Shown: positions 1-9,486 of the stretch, piece after piece
Position numbering within the stretch: the stretch's first letter is position 1
Layout: each line of letters starts with the position of its first letter
NCBI GenBank assembly: GCA_964562545.1
Contig: CAZLTV010000001.1
Coordinates: 7,796-71,795 of the forward strand
DNA length: 64,000 bases
Origin: an uncultured Mycobacterium sp.
GTDB lineage: Bacteria; Actinomycetota; Actinomycetes; Mycobacteriales; Mycobacteriaceae
Direction of reading: 5' to 3'
Notes under the pieces: generated by a model
The model's input: only the letters and a program-made list of their open reading frames with translations
Told to the model about the DNA's origin: nothing
Database searches by the model: none
Position numbers and translations under genes: made by a program

Positions 1-551
1 CCGCGATCGCCCCTGAGGGCATCGTCTACATCTCGCCCGAAACCGTCACCGAGGCAGCCAAGCTGCTCAAGAACGCCCTCCTGTCGAACGGTGAGCGCGT
101 GACTGCCTATCACTACCCACTCGACGAAGAGTTCGCCATGCCGTCCTTCGTACCTCCGTTCGGACCTTCGCTGCTCGGCGAAGACACCTTCCGCCAGCTG
201 CGCACGCTGCTCGAAGAAGAGAGCGAAGCCGCTGTTGCCATGTTTGACACGATCGTCGAGCTCGGCCTCCAAATCTCGCTTTCAGGCGAAGACTATCTCG
301 GCTCGCGCCTCAAGGGCGTAAACGGCGTCGCCGACGAGGTCGAGATCAACCGCTCGTCGGGTAATCTCTACGAGATGTTCCGCCAGCTCGGCGTCGATTA
401 CGACGGCCCCGCCGGATACGGCGAGATCGAACTCACCAAGTTCGAAGCCGCCGTCGAACAGAACGGCTGGCGCACTGACATGCCCGATCGCCTCGAAGCG
501 TTCATCGCCTGTGCCAAACGCCAAGGCGCAACCAACGTCCACTGGGCCTAA
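1..551 (+). CDS. hypothetical protein, 5'-truncated by window edge; paralog of 1638..2240
   Basis: Frame is open from base 3 (AIAPEGIVYISPETV...). It aligns by eye with 1638..2240 (FGPSLL/FGPALL, IVELGLQI/IVELGIQI, FIACAKRQGATNVHWA/FIECAKRHNASTIYWA). Confidence 0.8.
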   Translation, partial: AIAPEGIVYISPETVTEAAKLLKNALLSNGERVTAYHYPLDEEFAMPSFVPPFGPSLLGEDTFRQLRTLLEEESEAAVAMFDTIVELGLQISLSGEDYLGSRLKGVNGVADEVEINRSSGNLYEMFRQLGVDYDGPAGYGEIELTKFEAAVEQNGWRTDMPDRLEAFIACAKRQGATNVHWA

Positions 552-576
552 TCAGATCCAACCACTCAACTCCCCT

Positions 577-610
577 AAAGCGGGGCCGCCACCAAGCGGC
601 CCCGCTTTCT
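577..610 (+). terminator. intrinsic terminator
   Basis: AAAGCGGGGCCGC / GCGGCCCCGCTTT inverted repeat followed by a T-rich tail, just after the stop at 551. Confidence 0.75.
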
Positions 611-650
611 AATTTCTGCTGCCTGAAGCCAGCAAATCTATAGGAAGGAA

Positions 651-1229
651 ATGTCTATGGGCACGTTCTCGTGGCTGACTGCCGACACCAACGAATCCAT
701 TCCCGCCACCTGCTCCTCGCGCGGAGCCCGCGATGTGTATCTCCTGCAGCCCGGCGATGAACCGCCGATCAAGGAAGACGATTACGAAGGATACGGCGTC
801 TTCGGCGGCGTCAAAGCTTACGAGTGGCTCGCGAAGCGTAATCTGACCGAAGGGCAGCAGCAGGCTGCTATCGAAGTCTGCGGCAACCTCTACATGGTTG
901 GCGTTGCGCTCGAACTCGGCGGCTGGTTCGAACATTCCAAGACCGGCGAGTATTATACGATCTTCCATCGTTTCCCGCCGATCGCCGACAGGCCTATCAC
1001 CCATCTCGAGGCGACCTACGCCCAGCCGCTCGAAATCTTAGACGGCCTAACTGCCAACGAGGCCGTGAAGGCCGGGCTTCTCATCCGGCGCCGCCAGGAG
1101 CCCGAATTTCCCTTGAAGTTCTCCTTCAACCCCGATGCGGACTATGCCTCGCTTCCTGCCTCGACCCCCTGCCCCAAGCAGGGCGTCTATTACGACGAAG
1201 ATGAAGACGAGGGCGACGAGGAGGCCTAG
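651..1229 (+). CDS. conserved hypothetical protein (phage/plasmid-like family)
   Basis: AGGAAGGAA RBS; MGxFSWxTADT, YEGYGVFGG and CPxQG motifs recalled from MGE hypothetical proteins; acidic tail. Confidence 0.75.
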   Translation: MSMGTFSWLTADTNESIPATCSSRGARDVYLLQPGDEPPIKEDDYEGYGVFGGVKAYEWLAKRNLTEGQQQAAIEVCGNLYMVGVALELGGWFEHSKTGEYYTIFHRFPPIADRPITHLEATYAQPLEILDGLTANEAVKAGLLIRRRQEPEFPLKFSFNPDADYASLPASTPCPKQGVYYDEDEDEGDEEA

Positions 1230-1276
1230 GGCCTCTTCCGCTCTCCCCTGCTCTCCCTTCTCTTCAGGACACGGCC

Positions 1277-1543
1277 ATGACCGGCACCATCGTCTTACGC
1301 AAAGCATCCCCTGTCGCCTTCACCTCTGTCGATGATGCCTATGAGCAGATCTTCGAGAACAACCTTGATTTCGAGGCAGCTCAAGACATCACAGATCGCG
1401 AGACGGCGAAGCACGTCCTCGATGCGATATCGCGCCGCCGTGAAGAGCTCGATGGTGCCAATCAGGATGCCCTCGGCACCATCTATGCTCACGCCTCGCT
1501 GCACGAAATGTTTTCGACTGTCTCGAAGGCTTGGGACATCTAG
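1277..1543 (+). CDS. hypothetical protein
   Basis: AGGA RBS, 88 aa, co-oriented, codon style matches neighbours. Confidence 0.65.
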   Translation: MTGTIVLRKASPVAFTSVDDAYEQIFENNLDFEAAQDITDRETAKHVLDAISRRREELDGANQDALGTIYAHASLHEMFSTVSKAWDI

Positions 1544-1560
1544 CCCCAACCGCTCACATT

Positions 1561-1640
1561 CCGCCCGGGCGCCCAGGCGCCGGGCGGCTTCCCCTCAATG
1601 TCGACAGGGCGACAGTGAACAGACAAGGGGAATGAAAATG
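1561..1640 (+). repeat. leading-region double-hairpin repeat, copy 1 (covariant)
   Basis: CCGCCCGG-G-CGCC-CA-GGCG-CCGGGCGG, then CTTCCCCTCAATGTCG..CGACAGTGA..AGGGGAATGAAAATG. Confidence 0.85.
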
Positions 1641-2240
1641 TCGACCACGCTCTATCACACCTCCGCCTCGAAGCCTGACGCCGCGGCTCTCTGGAGCAAG
1701 GTCACCGCGATCGCCAAGGAAGGTGTCGTTCCCCTCTCCGATACGACCGTCTACAAGGCAGCATCGCTACTCCACAGCGCCGCCCTCGCCAACGGCCAAC
1801 GGGTGACCGCATACGCCTGGAAAGACGATTTCTCCTTCGTCAGCGCCTTCGGCCCGGCACTTCTGGAAGAGGCGACCCTCACCCAGCTGCGCCACATCCT
1901 CTCCAGCGACGGTGAAACCGCGGCAAGCATGCTCGACATCATCGTAGAACTTGGCATTCAGATCGAGCTCGTCGATGACGAAGACCAGCCGCCTCATCTC
2001 AAGGCCGTCAATTGGGCAGCCGACGATGTCGACTTCCGTCTCGCCAACGGCCAGTTCGACGCCCTTCTCACCGTCCTCGGCATCCAGCAGGAACGGAACA
2101 CCGAGGTCGGAAAAGTCGATCTCGCCACCTTCGAAGCAGCCGTCGCTGAGAATGGTCACGACACTGGCCACAGCGGGAAGCTCAAGGCCTTCATCGAGTG
2201 CGCCAAACGGCACAACGCCAGCACGATCTACTGGGCCTGA
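1638..2240 (+). CDS. hypothetical protein (paralog of 1..551)
   Basis: Starts at the ATG ending repeat copy 1 (MSTTLY...); similarity to the first ORF. Confidence 0.8.
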   Translation: MSTTLYHTSASKPDAAALWSKVTAIAKEGVVPLSDTTVYKAASLLHSAALANGQRVTAYAWKDDFSFVSAFGPALLEEATLTQLRHILSSDGETAASMLDIIVELGIQIELVDDEDQPPHLKAVNWAADDVDFRLANGQFDALLTVLGIQQERNTEVGKVDLATFEAAVAENGHDTGHSGKLKAFIECAKRHNASTIYWA

Positions 2241-2343
2241 CCTTCACGCCCCAGATGCCCTGAGGCGGAGCGGCCCATATCGCGGCAACTCCGCCGTCAA
2301 CGCTCCGATCGCTGCCACACCGTAGATTTCCGATGTGGCCTGC

Positions 2344-2460
2344 CCGGCTGGCCCCTGACATGACCCGGCCCGATTGCGCCTGGGATCTCACGCCCCAGCC
2401 GGCTCCATCCCCACTGCCTTGAAGACCTCCGGTACATCCGGACATGGGAATGAAAAAATG
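2344..2460 (+). repeat. degenerate copy of double-hairpin repeat
   Basis: CCGGCTGG...CCAGCCGG arms with a long insert, ending GGGAATGAAAAAATG. Confidence 0.5.
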
Positions 2461-2736
2461 AAGACCTTTCAGCACATCTGCGCCAGCGCCACACAACCCG
2501 GCCCCGGCATCGTGATCTTTCTGATCACATGGATTGCCATGGTGGCCCTCAGCTCTTCCGTAGTCGCTGTAGGATACAGCTTCTTCGGCGTTCTGTGTGC
2601 CCTCCTCGCCCCGTTCTTCGCTACCGAGTTCATCATCCACATCGGCCGTGGATCGCGCATCAATGCTTTCGTCACCTTCGTCGCGGCTGCTCTCGCAACC
2701 GACCAACTCGTAATGATCTTCACCGCCGCTTCCTGA
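2458..2736 (+). CDS. small membrane protein
   Basis: Start after GGGAA; 2-3 hydrophobic segments. Confidence 0.65.
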   Translation: MKTFQHICASATQPGPGIVIFLITWIAMVALSSSVVAVGYSFFGVLCALLAPFFATEFIIHIGRGSRINAFVTFVAAALATDQLVMIFTAAS

Positions 2737-2784
2737 GGCTCGGAACCGAGCACCCCACAACCCGAAACACGGGAGTACGCACTT

Positions 2785-5328
2785 ATGCGCAAGATGCTTA
2801 TCGTCCGCGGCCCCCAGGCCTCAGGCAAGACCCACCTCGTTCGCGCTCTCGATCTCGAGGGCCACCGCCTTTCCGCCGACCTCATTCGTGAAGCTCACCG
2901 CGGCCGCGTGCTGAACCTCAAGGGCCAGCTCGTCATCGATCAGGAGAACGCCCACCAGATCTGGGACCTTGTGCGCGTCTCCCTCGAGCATCGCATCTCG
3001 CGCGGCGAGTTCGTGGTTCTCGACGCCACCTTCTCCGTGCCGACCCACTACGAAAGCATCATCGCAGCCGCCTATGCGGCTGGCTACGAGATCGGCCTCG
3101 TCGACCTCTATGGCACAAACGAAGACCTGCTCTTCGAGCGCAATGCTCAGCGCGCTCCACATGAACTCGTCCCGGAGAAATCGATGCGCCGCATGCTCAA
3201 GGCATACGAACCGCACCCCGAGGATGATCACCGCATCACTGCCCGCTTCGATTTCATCAGCTCCACCGATGAAATCGGCCAGTGGCTGCGCGCCCACACC
3301 GCCAATCTCGATGAGTACGAACGCATCGTCCATATCGGCGACCTGCAGGGCGTCTTCGAAGCCGCCTTCGCCGGCGCCTCGCCGCTCGAGAAAGAGCTGC
3401 GCGACGACACCTTCTACATCTTCGTCGGAGACGCGCTCGATCGCGGCCTCGAAAATGCTCAGGTGCTCGACTGGATTATCGACCAAGTAACGCCGCGCCT
3501 CGGCAAGAACGTCGTCTGGATCGAGGGCAATCACGAACGCCACCTCGCCGACATGGTCGCCGGCCGCGACATCGTGAGCCGCGAGTTCGAGAACCGGACC
3601 CTGATGCAGCTCATCGAGACCAATCCGAAATTCGATGACATCCGGGCCTTCCTTGCAGGCATGAGCGAGTACTTCCTCTATGACCACGCCGGCCAGAGCG
3701 TCATTGTCACCCATGCTGGCCTGCCAGCCGTCCCGGGCAACCTGACCCTCGTGCCTGGCCACCAGGCCATGCACGGCGCAGGCGGCTTCGGGGCCGACGT
3801 CGACGAGGACTTCGCCCAGTGGGCATCCCAGCAGGACCGCCCGTGGCGGCAGGTGCATGGCCACCGCAACCGCAAGATGCATCCCTCGCGCGTCAACGAA
3901 TACTCCTTCAACCTTGAAGGACAGGCTGAATTCGGGGGCCATGTTCGCTTCGCCGTGAAGACCCGCTTCGGCTGGGAGACCATGGACGTGCGCAATGGCC
4001 TGTTCCGCACGCCGCGCGAGTGGGCATCCATCGACGAAGAGGAGAAGCGGAAGCCGTTCTCCCGCCGAATGCCCATCCCTGCATGGCAGCATCGCTTTGC
4101 CGCGGAAGGCTATCTCTCGGAAAAGACTCTCGAGGCCTACCGCGAGCACAAGCACGTCAACATCCGCACGCAGGAATCGCGGCCGCACATCGACACCATC
4201 GCCTTCGCCAAGTCGGCCTTCTACGGCCAGCATTGGGACGGCATGACGAACAAGGCACGCGGCCTCTTCATCGACAACCGCGACCGCCGGATCATCGCCC
4301 GCTCCTACGAGAAGTTCTTCAACCTCGGAGAGCGCCCGGAGACCGAGCTCGACTACATCGCCGAGAACTGGACCTTCCCGATGACCATGAGCCGCAAGGA
4401 CAACGGCTACCTCGGCCTCGTCTCATGGGACCATGAGCGCGGCGAGATCGTGTTCTCGTCGAAGGGCTCGATGGACAATGACTTCGCTGCCCTTTTCGAG
4501 CAGATCGCCAGCCGTGTTCTCGGCTCGGCTGGTATCGAGCGCCTCGGCCGCGCAGTGCGCGACCTTCAAGGCACCGCCACCTTCGAAGTCATCTCGCCTA
4601 CGGAAGATCCGCACATCGTCGAATACGACGAAGAACGTCTCGTCCTCCTCGACTTCGTCCACAACTCCGAAGAGTTCGAGAAGCTCGACTACAAGAAGCT
4701 CGTCCAGCTGGCGAAGTACATCGACGTCGAGCACCGCGAGCTGCTGGGCAACCTCCCAAACCGCCAGGCTCTTGCCTCCATCGTCGAAAAGCTCCGCAAC
4801 CCCGACAGCGGCCTCTACAAGATGCACATCGAAGGCGTCGTCATCGAGGACGCGGCTGGACGCCACGTCAAGGTGAAGTCCGGCTGGTACGACCACTGGA
4901 AGCATGCCCGCCGCCTCGTCGAGCGGCTGGCGCTCCAGCGGCGTCGCAACCAAGAGATCGACCTACGCACCCCAGCCGAGCTCGAAGACTTCATGGCATG
5001 GATCGAGAAGCAGGCCGATGAGATCACCGGCCTGCCCATCGTCGAACTCCGCCGGCGTTTCATCGAAACGCCGGATGAACTTCTCGTCATCGATCGCGAA
5101 GCTCTCGAAGCCGAAAAGCTCGCTGCCCGGATTGCCTCCTCTCAGGAGAAGGAGATCACCGGGTTCATGAGCGGATACGATGCCCTGCTCTCACAAGTGC
5201 GCGCAGGGACCGCATCCCCCGAGAGCGTCGAGCGTCTTCTCAATCGTGGGCGTGCCGAACCACACCTGCGGCAGGCCCTCGAAGCCAGATCTGACTATTC
5301 GGAGATGGCTGGCTACGAATCCCGTTGA
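2785..5328 (+). CDS. RNA repair enzyme: polynucleotide kinase - metallophosphoesterase - T4 Rnl1-like RNA ligase fusion (Pnkp-like)
   Basis: N-terminal P-loop GPQASGKT with DAT and RNAQR; calcineurin-like motifs GDLQG, GDALDRG, GNHE, HAG, HGH; ligase motifs ARGLFID, RSYEKFFN, KDNG, EGVV, KVK. Confidence 0.85.
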   Translation: MRKMLIVRGPQASGKTHLVRALDLEGHRLSADLIREAHRGRVLNLKGQLVIDQENAHQIWDLVRVSLEHRISRGEFVVLDATFSVPTHYESIIAAAYAAGYEIGLVDLYGTNEDLLFERNAQRAPHELVPEKSMRRMLKAYEPHPEDDHRITARFDFISSTDEIGQWLRAHTANLDEYERIVHIGDLQGVFEAAFAGASPLEKELRDDTFYIFVGDALDRGLENAQVLDWIIDQVTPRLGKNVVWIEGNHERHLADMVAGRDIVSREFENRTLMQLIETNPKFDDIRAFLAGMSEYFLYDHAGQSVIVTHAGLPAVPGNLTLVPGHQAMHGAGGFGADVDEDFAQWASQQDRPWRQVHGHRNRKMHPSRVNEYSFNLEGQAEFGGHVRFAVKTRFGWETMDVRNGLFRTPREWASIDEEEKRKPFSRRMPIPAWQHRFAAEGYLSEKTLEAYREHKHVNIRTQESRPHIDTIAFAKSAFYGQHWDGMTNKARGLFIDNRDRRIIARSYEKFFNLGERPETELDYIAENWTFPMTMSRKDNGYLGLVSWDHERGEIVFSSKGSMDNDFAALFEQIASRVLGSAGIERLGRAVRDLQGTATFEVISPTEDPHIVEYDEERLVLLDFVHNSEEFEKLDYKKLVQLAKYIDVEHRELLGNLPNRQALASIVEKLRNPDSGLYKMHIEGVVIEDAAGRHVKVKSGWYDHWKHARRLVERLALQRRRNQEIDLRTPAELEDFMAWIEKQADEITGLPIVELRRRFIETPDELLVIDREALEAEKLAARIASSQEKEITGFMSGYDALLSQVRAGTASPESVERLLNRGRAEPHLRQALEARSDYSEMAGYESR

Positions 5329-5398
5329 GATGAGGAAATGGAGGGCCCCAAGGGCCCTCACCTCGCTTCACCCAACTCACCACATCAAGGATCACCGC

Positions 5399-5659
5399 AT
5401 GGCCGACTGGACTGACCTCATCTCGATGGCCCTCATCGACGCGGAAATCCGCGCCGACAAATACGACCACTCGCTCGCGGTCGCATTCGTGGGTGACGAA
5501 CCGGTCAAGAGCCGGCCCGCCTCCACTCGCAACCGCCCCTGCGTCCTCGTCACTGTCAGCAGCCCCTTCAAGGGCTGCCGCGTGACTGCGGTGAACGGCG
5601 TCGAAGAAGCCTCCCGCGTCCCCAGCAAAGACAGTGAGGCTAGCCTCCAGTCAGCCTGA
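5399..5659 (+). CDS. hypothetical protein
   Basis: AAGGA RBS before ATG 5399 (MADWTDL...). Confidence 0.55.
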   Translation: MADWTDLISMALIDAEIRADKYDHSLAVAFVGDEPVKSRPASTRNRPCVLVTVSSPFKGCRVTAVNGVEEASRVPSKDSEASLQSA

Positions 5660-5709
5660 CAGACGCCGGCGTCACCAGACGGCTTGTCCCAGCAAGACTT
5701 CGAAAAGGA

Positions 5710-6168
5710 ATGAAAATGCCCCACCCGAGCTTCTCGATCACACACCGCGGCTTTCAGATCGACCCAGTCAAAGCCGTGGGCGAGGATTGGCCCGTCTGCT
5801 ACCCATGGGAGGCAGAGGGCTTTCTCATCTATCCTGCCGTTATCGACGTGCCCAAGCTCGACGAATTCCCCAAAACCCTCAAGGCAGCCTTCGAACTCAT
5901 CGACCAGCATCTCGCTCAGCTCGAAGCGGCCGAAGGCGCAGACGATGAACTCAGCACTGCACGCTATTCCGTCATCGTTACCCGGGACACGACCGAATCC
6001 GTCACGATCCTCGTCGATGCCGTCGACGAAGACGAGGCCGAAGACAAGGCCATCGCCGCCAGCCGTGATCCGAACCTCAAATGGGAACAGGACTGCACCC
6101 CCAATGCCAGCAAGGAGCATTATACCAACGGTGCCGACCTGATCGAAGACGAGCTCGTCCCGGCATGA
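5710..6168 (+). CDS. acidic hypothetical protein with DpnD/PcfM-like segment
   Basis: Starts in the GGAATGAAAATG context; YSVIVTRDTTESVTILVDAVDEDEAEDKA motif. Confidence 0.65.
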   Translation: MKMPHPSFSITHRGFQIDPVKAVGEDWPVCYPWEAEGFLIYPAVIDVPKLDEFPKTLKAAFELIDQHLAQLEAAEGADDELSTARYSVIVTRDTTESVTILVDAVDEDEAEDKAIAASRDPNLKWEQDCTPNASKEHYTNGADLIEDELVPA

Positions 6169-6364
6169 CCATCCAATCCCCGAAGCGGATCTCCGGGATT
6201 GACCATCCCTGCCACCCTGCGCGGCTGGACATAGAGGACTGCCGGGACTGGTCCGATTTCGACCCTTCCTCCACGAAGTTCCTCAAGATCGAGAGATGGT
6301 CGACAACCCGGGGCCGCCAAGGGGATAACGACTAGCCCCAACAGTGGCTTGTCCTCTCCCCTTT

Positions 6365-6431
6365 CGCCTGGACGCTCTCGCGCCAGCCGTGCTCTACCAT
6401 CCGACATTCTGTCGAAAGGATCGCATCCATG
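6365..6431 (+). repeat. degenerate copy of double-hairpin repeat
   Basis: CTGG-A-CGC-TCTC-GCG-CCAG stem, then CGACA-TTC-TGTCG hairpin, AAAGGA and ATG 6429. Confidence 0.55.
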
Positions 6432-6914
6432 TTCTTCCTCATCTGCCCCGAGAGTTACCAGCACCCCAACGGCGAGGGCAAAACCGTCGCCTACTACCTC
6501 TTCGATGCCGAGACATGGGACCCGACCCGCGATATCTACGAGCAGGGTTACGTCCTCGAGGTCTGGGAACTGGACGGGCGCACTCAGTTCTATCTGCTCG
6601 ACGGGAACGTCGAGAGCACCTTCACCGACTTCGGTGAAGCTCTCAAGGCCCTGCGCAAGAACATGCGCTCCTACGGCGCCATCGTCTCTCACGACACCGA
6701 GGAGAGCCTCCAAGTCGAATACGACACCTACCTCGAGTCCGAGAACCTCCCCCAGTTCTCGATCGAGGACCTCCTCGCTGAAACAAACCTCCATGCCCAC
6801 CAGCGGCGCATGCTCTCTCAATACCTGCTTCGCTGGCAGGCCATGGAAGCAGCCAACAACAGTGAGGATGACCGCACCATGGATGCCGATCCCGGCGAGG
6901 AGACCGACCGATGA
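6429..6914 (+). CDS. acidic hypothetical protein
   Basis: AAAGGA RBS; ATGA overlap with the next gene. Confidence 0.7.
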   Translation: MFFLICPESYQHPNGEGKTVAYYLFDAETWDPTRDIYEQGYVLEVWELDGRTQFYLLDGNVESTFTDFGEALKALRKNMRSYGAIVSHDTEESLQVEYDTYLESENLPQFSIEDLLAETNLHAHQRRMLSQYLLRWQAMEAANNSEDDRTMDADPGEETDR

Positions 6915-7426
6915 AGAAGTACAAGGTGAAGCTGCGCCGCGACGTCCCTGAGGTGACCACCGTCGAAATCTGGGCCGATGACTATCGCGACGCCATGGCC
7001 AAGGCTCCCCGCGCCGTCCAGAAGAACACCCGCTGGGAGCCTCAGGGCGACGAGGATCACAAGAACCTCATGGAGATCGAGGTCGACGATATCGAAGAGA
7101 TCGATCTCGGAGATCCCCTCGCCCCAGCCCTCTACGAAAAGGGATGGGAGCGCCTCCACACCGGCGGCGGCTGCTGGTCGCTCCTGTGGCAGATCGAACC
7201 CGATGGCCCCTACTATCTCATCTCCGACCAAGATTCCGGCATCGAGATCTACGAGAAGGAATGGAGCTTCGGCCATTATGACGCCGAAGGCTGCCAGACT
7301 TGGTTCGTCACCAGCGATCAGTTCCCGGCGCTCACTCTCACCGATTTCCTCGCCTCACTCAATCTGCCCGAACGCGAGCCGAACCAGTACGAGCTCGGAG
7401 GCGGCGATGATGATGCCTCGTCGTAA
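6911..7426 (+). CDS. hypothetical protein with N-terminal DpnD/PcfM-like segment
   Basis: GAGGAG RBS; KYKVKLRRDVPEVTTVEIWADDYRDAMAKA. Confidence 0.7.
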   Translation: MKKYKVKLRRDVPEVTTVEIWADDYRDAMAKAPRAVQKNTRWEPQGDEDHKNLMEIEVDDIEEIDLGDPLAPALYEKGWERLHTGGGCWSLLWQIEPDGPYYLISDQDSGIEIYEKEWSFGHYDAEGCQTWFVTSDQFPALTLTDFLASLNLPEREPNQYELGGGDDDASS

Positions 7427-7600
7427 ATTCCTCGGCCTTTCCGAAGTCTGGCGCGACAACGGGACCGGGACCAAGGACTTCTACGTCCTCTGGATCCGCG
7501 TCTGGCGATCAGACTTCCACCATTCCACCACTTGGTTGCCCTGACCGGCTGGCCCCGTCCGGCCCCTGTCTCATCTTTTCTCTCTCTGGAGCTATTGCCC

Positions 7601-8014
7601 ATGAACCTCGCAACCCTCGTCTATGTCTCGTCGGAACAGGTCAGCACGACTGTCCACGACAGCCGACGCATCGCTCTCGAATACGTGGCCTCCGACCACA
7701 AACTCGATATCCCCGAAGGTCTCGACGACGATGCCCTCGAAGCGTGGCTCGACACCAACGCTTCCTCGAGCTTCCATGTCGAGGAGCACCTCATCGACGT
7801 TCCGCCTGTGGTCGTCACCGTCGATGCCGGTTGCGTCAACCAGGTTGCCGCAAGCTTCCCGCTCGATGTCCTCGTCATCGACAAGGACACGGACTACGCC
7901 GAGGAGGATGACATCATCACTCTCCCCGACGGCTCTACCGCCACCCATGAATGGGAGAGCGCGGAAATCGACGCTGAGTATGTCGCCAACGTCATCTCGC
8001 TCGCGGACGCCTGA
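7601..8014 (+). CDS. highly acidic hypothetical protein
   Basis: GGAG RBS before ATG 7601; very D/E rich with few K/R. Confidence 0.7.
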   Translation: MNLATLVYVSSEQVSTTVHDSRRIALEYVASDHKLDIPEGLDDDALEAWLDTNASSSFHVEEHLIDVPPVVVTVDAGCVNQVAASFPLDVLVIDKDTDYAEEDDIITLPDGSTATHEWESAEIDAEYVANVISLADA

Positions 8015-8022
8015 ATCCCCTG

Positions 8023-8107
8023 CCGGCTGGACGCCCCAGGGCGCCAGCCGGTCTTCTCCCTCAATCTCGGCTCGGCCGAATTGATACGATCAAGGGGAAT
8101 GAAAATG
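8023..8107 (+). repeat. leading-region double-hairpin repeat, full copy
   Basis: CCGGCTGGACGCCCCAGGGCGCCAGCCGGTCTTCTCCCTCAATCTCGGCTCGGCCGAATTGATACGATCAAGGGGAATGAAAATG. Confidence 0.95.
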
Positions 8108-9391
8108 GCCTTCGCCGACCACTACACGCTCATCAACTTCGCAGCGATCGCCGACGCCGCATGGTGGCGCACGAGCGATTTCGGAATGGTGGCCGATGAC
8201 CGCGAAGGCTATGAGGCAGCGGCTGAAGCCGACAAAGCCGACCGCGTCCGCCTCGACGAGCACAAGGTGAAGCTCAAGGCGGCCCTCACTGCACATCTCG
8301 AAGACCTCCGCGCGGCTGGCGCGCTGGGTGCCGCCTCGGGCCTCGGCGGCCGCGACATTCCCAACGCTGAAGCGTGGAATGCCTTTGTCGCCGATGGTCA
8401 CACCTCCCCTTCCTTCGACTGGCTTCTCGACAGCCTCGCATCCGTCTGGACCGCATTCTTCGTTCGCATGGACAAGGACTTCTACGCGCGCCGCAAGCTC
8501 GATGACTATGTCCCGGGCTCACACCAGCCGCCCAGCCCTGATGATATCCGCACCGCATACGAGCGCATCTGCAATGCCTACGACACCGGCACCAGCTTCT
8601 CCGAAGAAGGCCCGCTCGACGACTGGCGCATCGAGGCGCATGACCGCATCACGGGCGACCGCTGCGAACTAAACTTCGTCAGTTGGAAAGCCATGCTCAC
8701 CAAGCGCGACGATGACTACAAGCCCGTCCTCGTCGAAGACGTCACCCCCATGGGCGTTGTCACCGCCAGCTTCGACATGCCCACTGGCAAGATGCTCCTC
8801 ACCGACATCCTGCGTCTCGAATCCTTCGACGAGGGAACCTCGTTCGATGCAGACCGCGAGTACGGCGAGCTCAGCCTCGGCAATGCCCTCGGGCGCAACA
8901 ACCTCGTCGCTGCTCATGCCAGTGAACACCAGATCGCCTTCACCCAGACCGACAACACCTCTGTCGCCGTCCTGCGCGATGCGGCTGGCCGTCTCCTGAT
9001 CACCGAGCGCTTCAGCGAAGAGCACCAGAACGACGATGGCGATCTCGCCGTCCCCGGCTGGGAAGTCGTCGGCACCATCTCCTGCGATGTGTGGCGCTTC
9101 ATGGCCTTCGACCGCGAGAGCGTCCTTGCTCGCATGACGGCTGGCGGCGCTGAAGACGCCGCTGCCGAGCTCGACCGCTATCTCGCCATGGCTGACACCC
9201 TGCCCGACTCTGCCAACCACAAGGCCCATCACGAGGCTTGCTACGCGGCCAACATCGTCCATCTCGACGTCGAGCCTGGCCAGTGGCAGATCCACGGCGG
9301 AGAGAACTTCGACGATCTCACCGATCGCGAAGCCCTCAACCTGCCCCAAGACATCCACCTATGGTGTCTGCTTGAGAAGCAGGCCGCCTAA
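8105..9391 (+). CDS. hypothetical protein (428 aa)
   Basis: Long ORF starting at the ATG of the repeat; no motif recognised. Confidence 0.8.
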   Translation: MAFADHYTLINFAAIADAAWWRTSDFGMVADDREGYEAAAEADKADRVRLDEHKVKLKAALTAHLEDLRAAGALGAASGLGGRDIPNAEAWNAFVADGHTSPSFDWLLDSLASVWTAFFVRMDKDFYARRKLDDYVPGSHQPPSPDDIRTAYERICNAYDTGTSFSEEGPLDDWRIEAHDRITGDRCELNFVSWKAMLTKRDDDYKPVLVEDVTPMGVVTASFDMPTGKMLLTDILRLESFDEGTSFDADREYGELSLGNALGRNNLVAAHASEHQIAFTQTDNTSVAVLRDAAGRLLITERFSEEHQNDDGDLAVPGWEVVGTISCDVWRFMAFDRESVLARMTAGGAEDAAAELDRYLAMADTLPDSANHKAHHEACYAANIVHLDVEPGQWQIHGGENFDDLTDREALNLPQDIHLWCLLEKQAA

Positions 9392-9399
9392 GTCATCTT

Positions 9400-9486
9400 C
9401 CGGCTGGACGCCCCAGGGCGCCAGCCGGTCTTCCCCCTCAATGTCGGCTGAGCCGAATTGGAACCAATAGAGGGAATGAAAAGATG
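9400..9486 (+). repeat. leading-region double-hairpin repeat, full copy
   Basis: CCGGCTGGACGCCCCAGGGCGCCAGCCGGTCTTCCCCCTCAATGTCGGCTGAGCCGAATTGGAACCAATAGAGGGAATGAAAAGATG. Confidence 0.95.

Noticed and set aside
1332-1637. N-terminal extensions of ORF-track calls (1332, 8081, 11961, 13943, 28060, 46992, 60481)
   Set aside because: They run through repeats or upstream genes; better RBS-supported starts lie downstream.
2821-4233. 470-aa minus-strand ORF, and similar long antisense ORFs (11967..13178, 50018..51469, 40211..41302, 35499..36656)
   Set aside because: They overlap well-supported genes on the opposite strand and are shadow frames.
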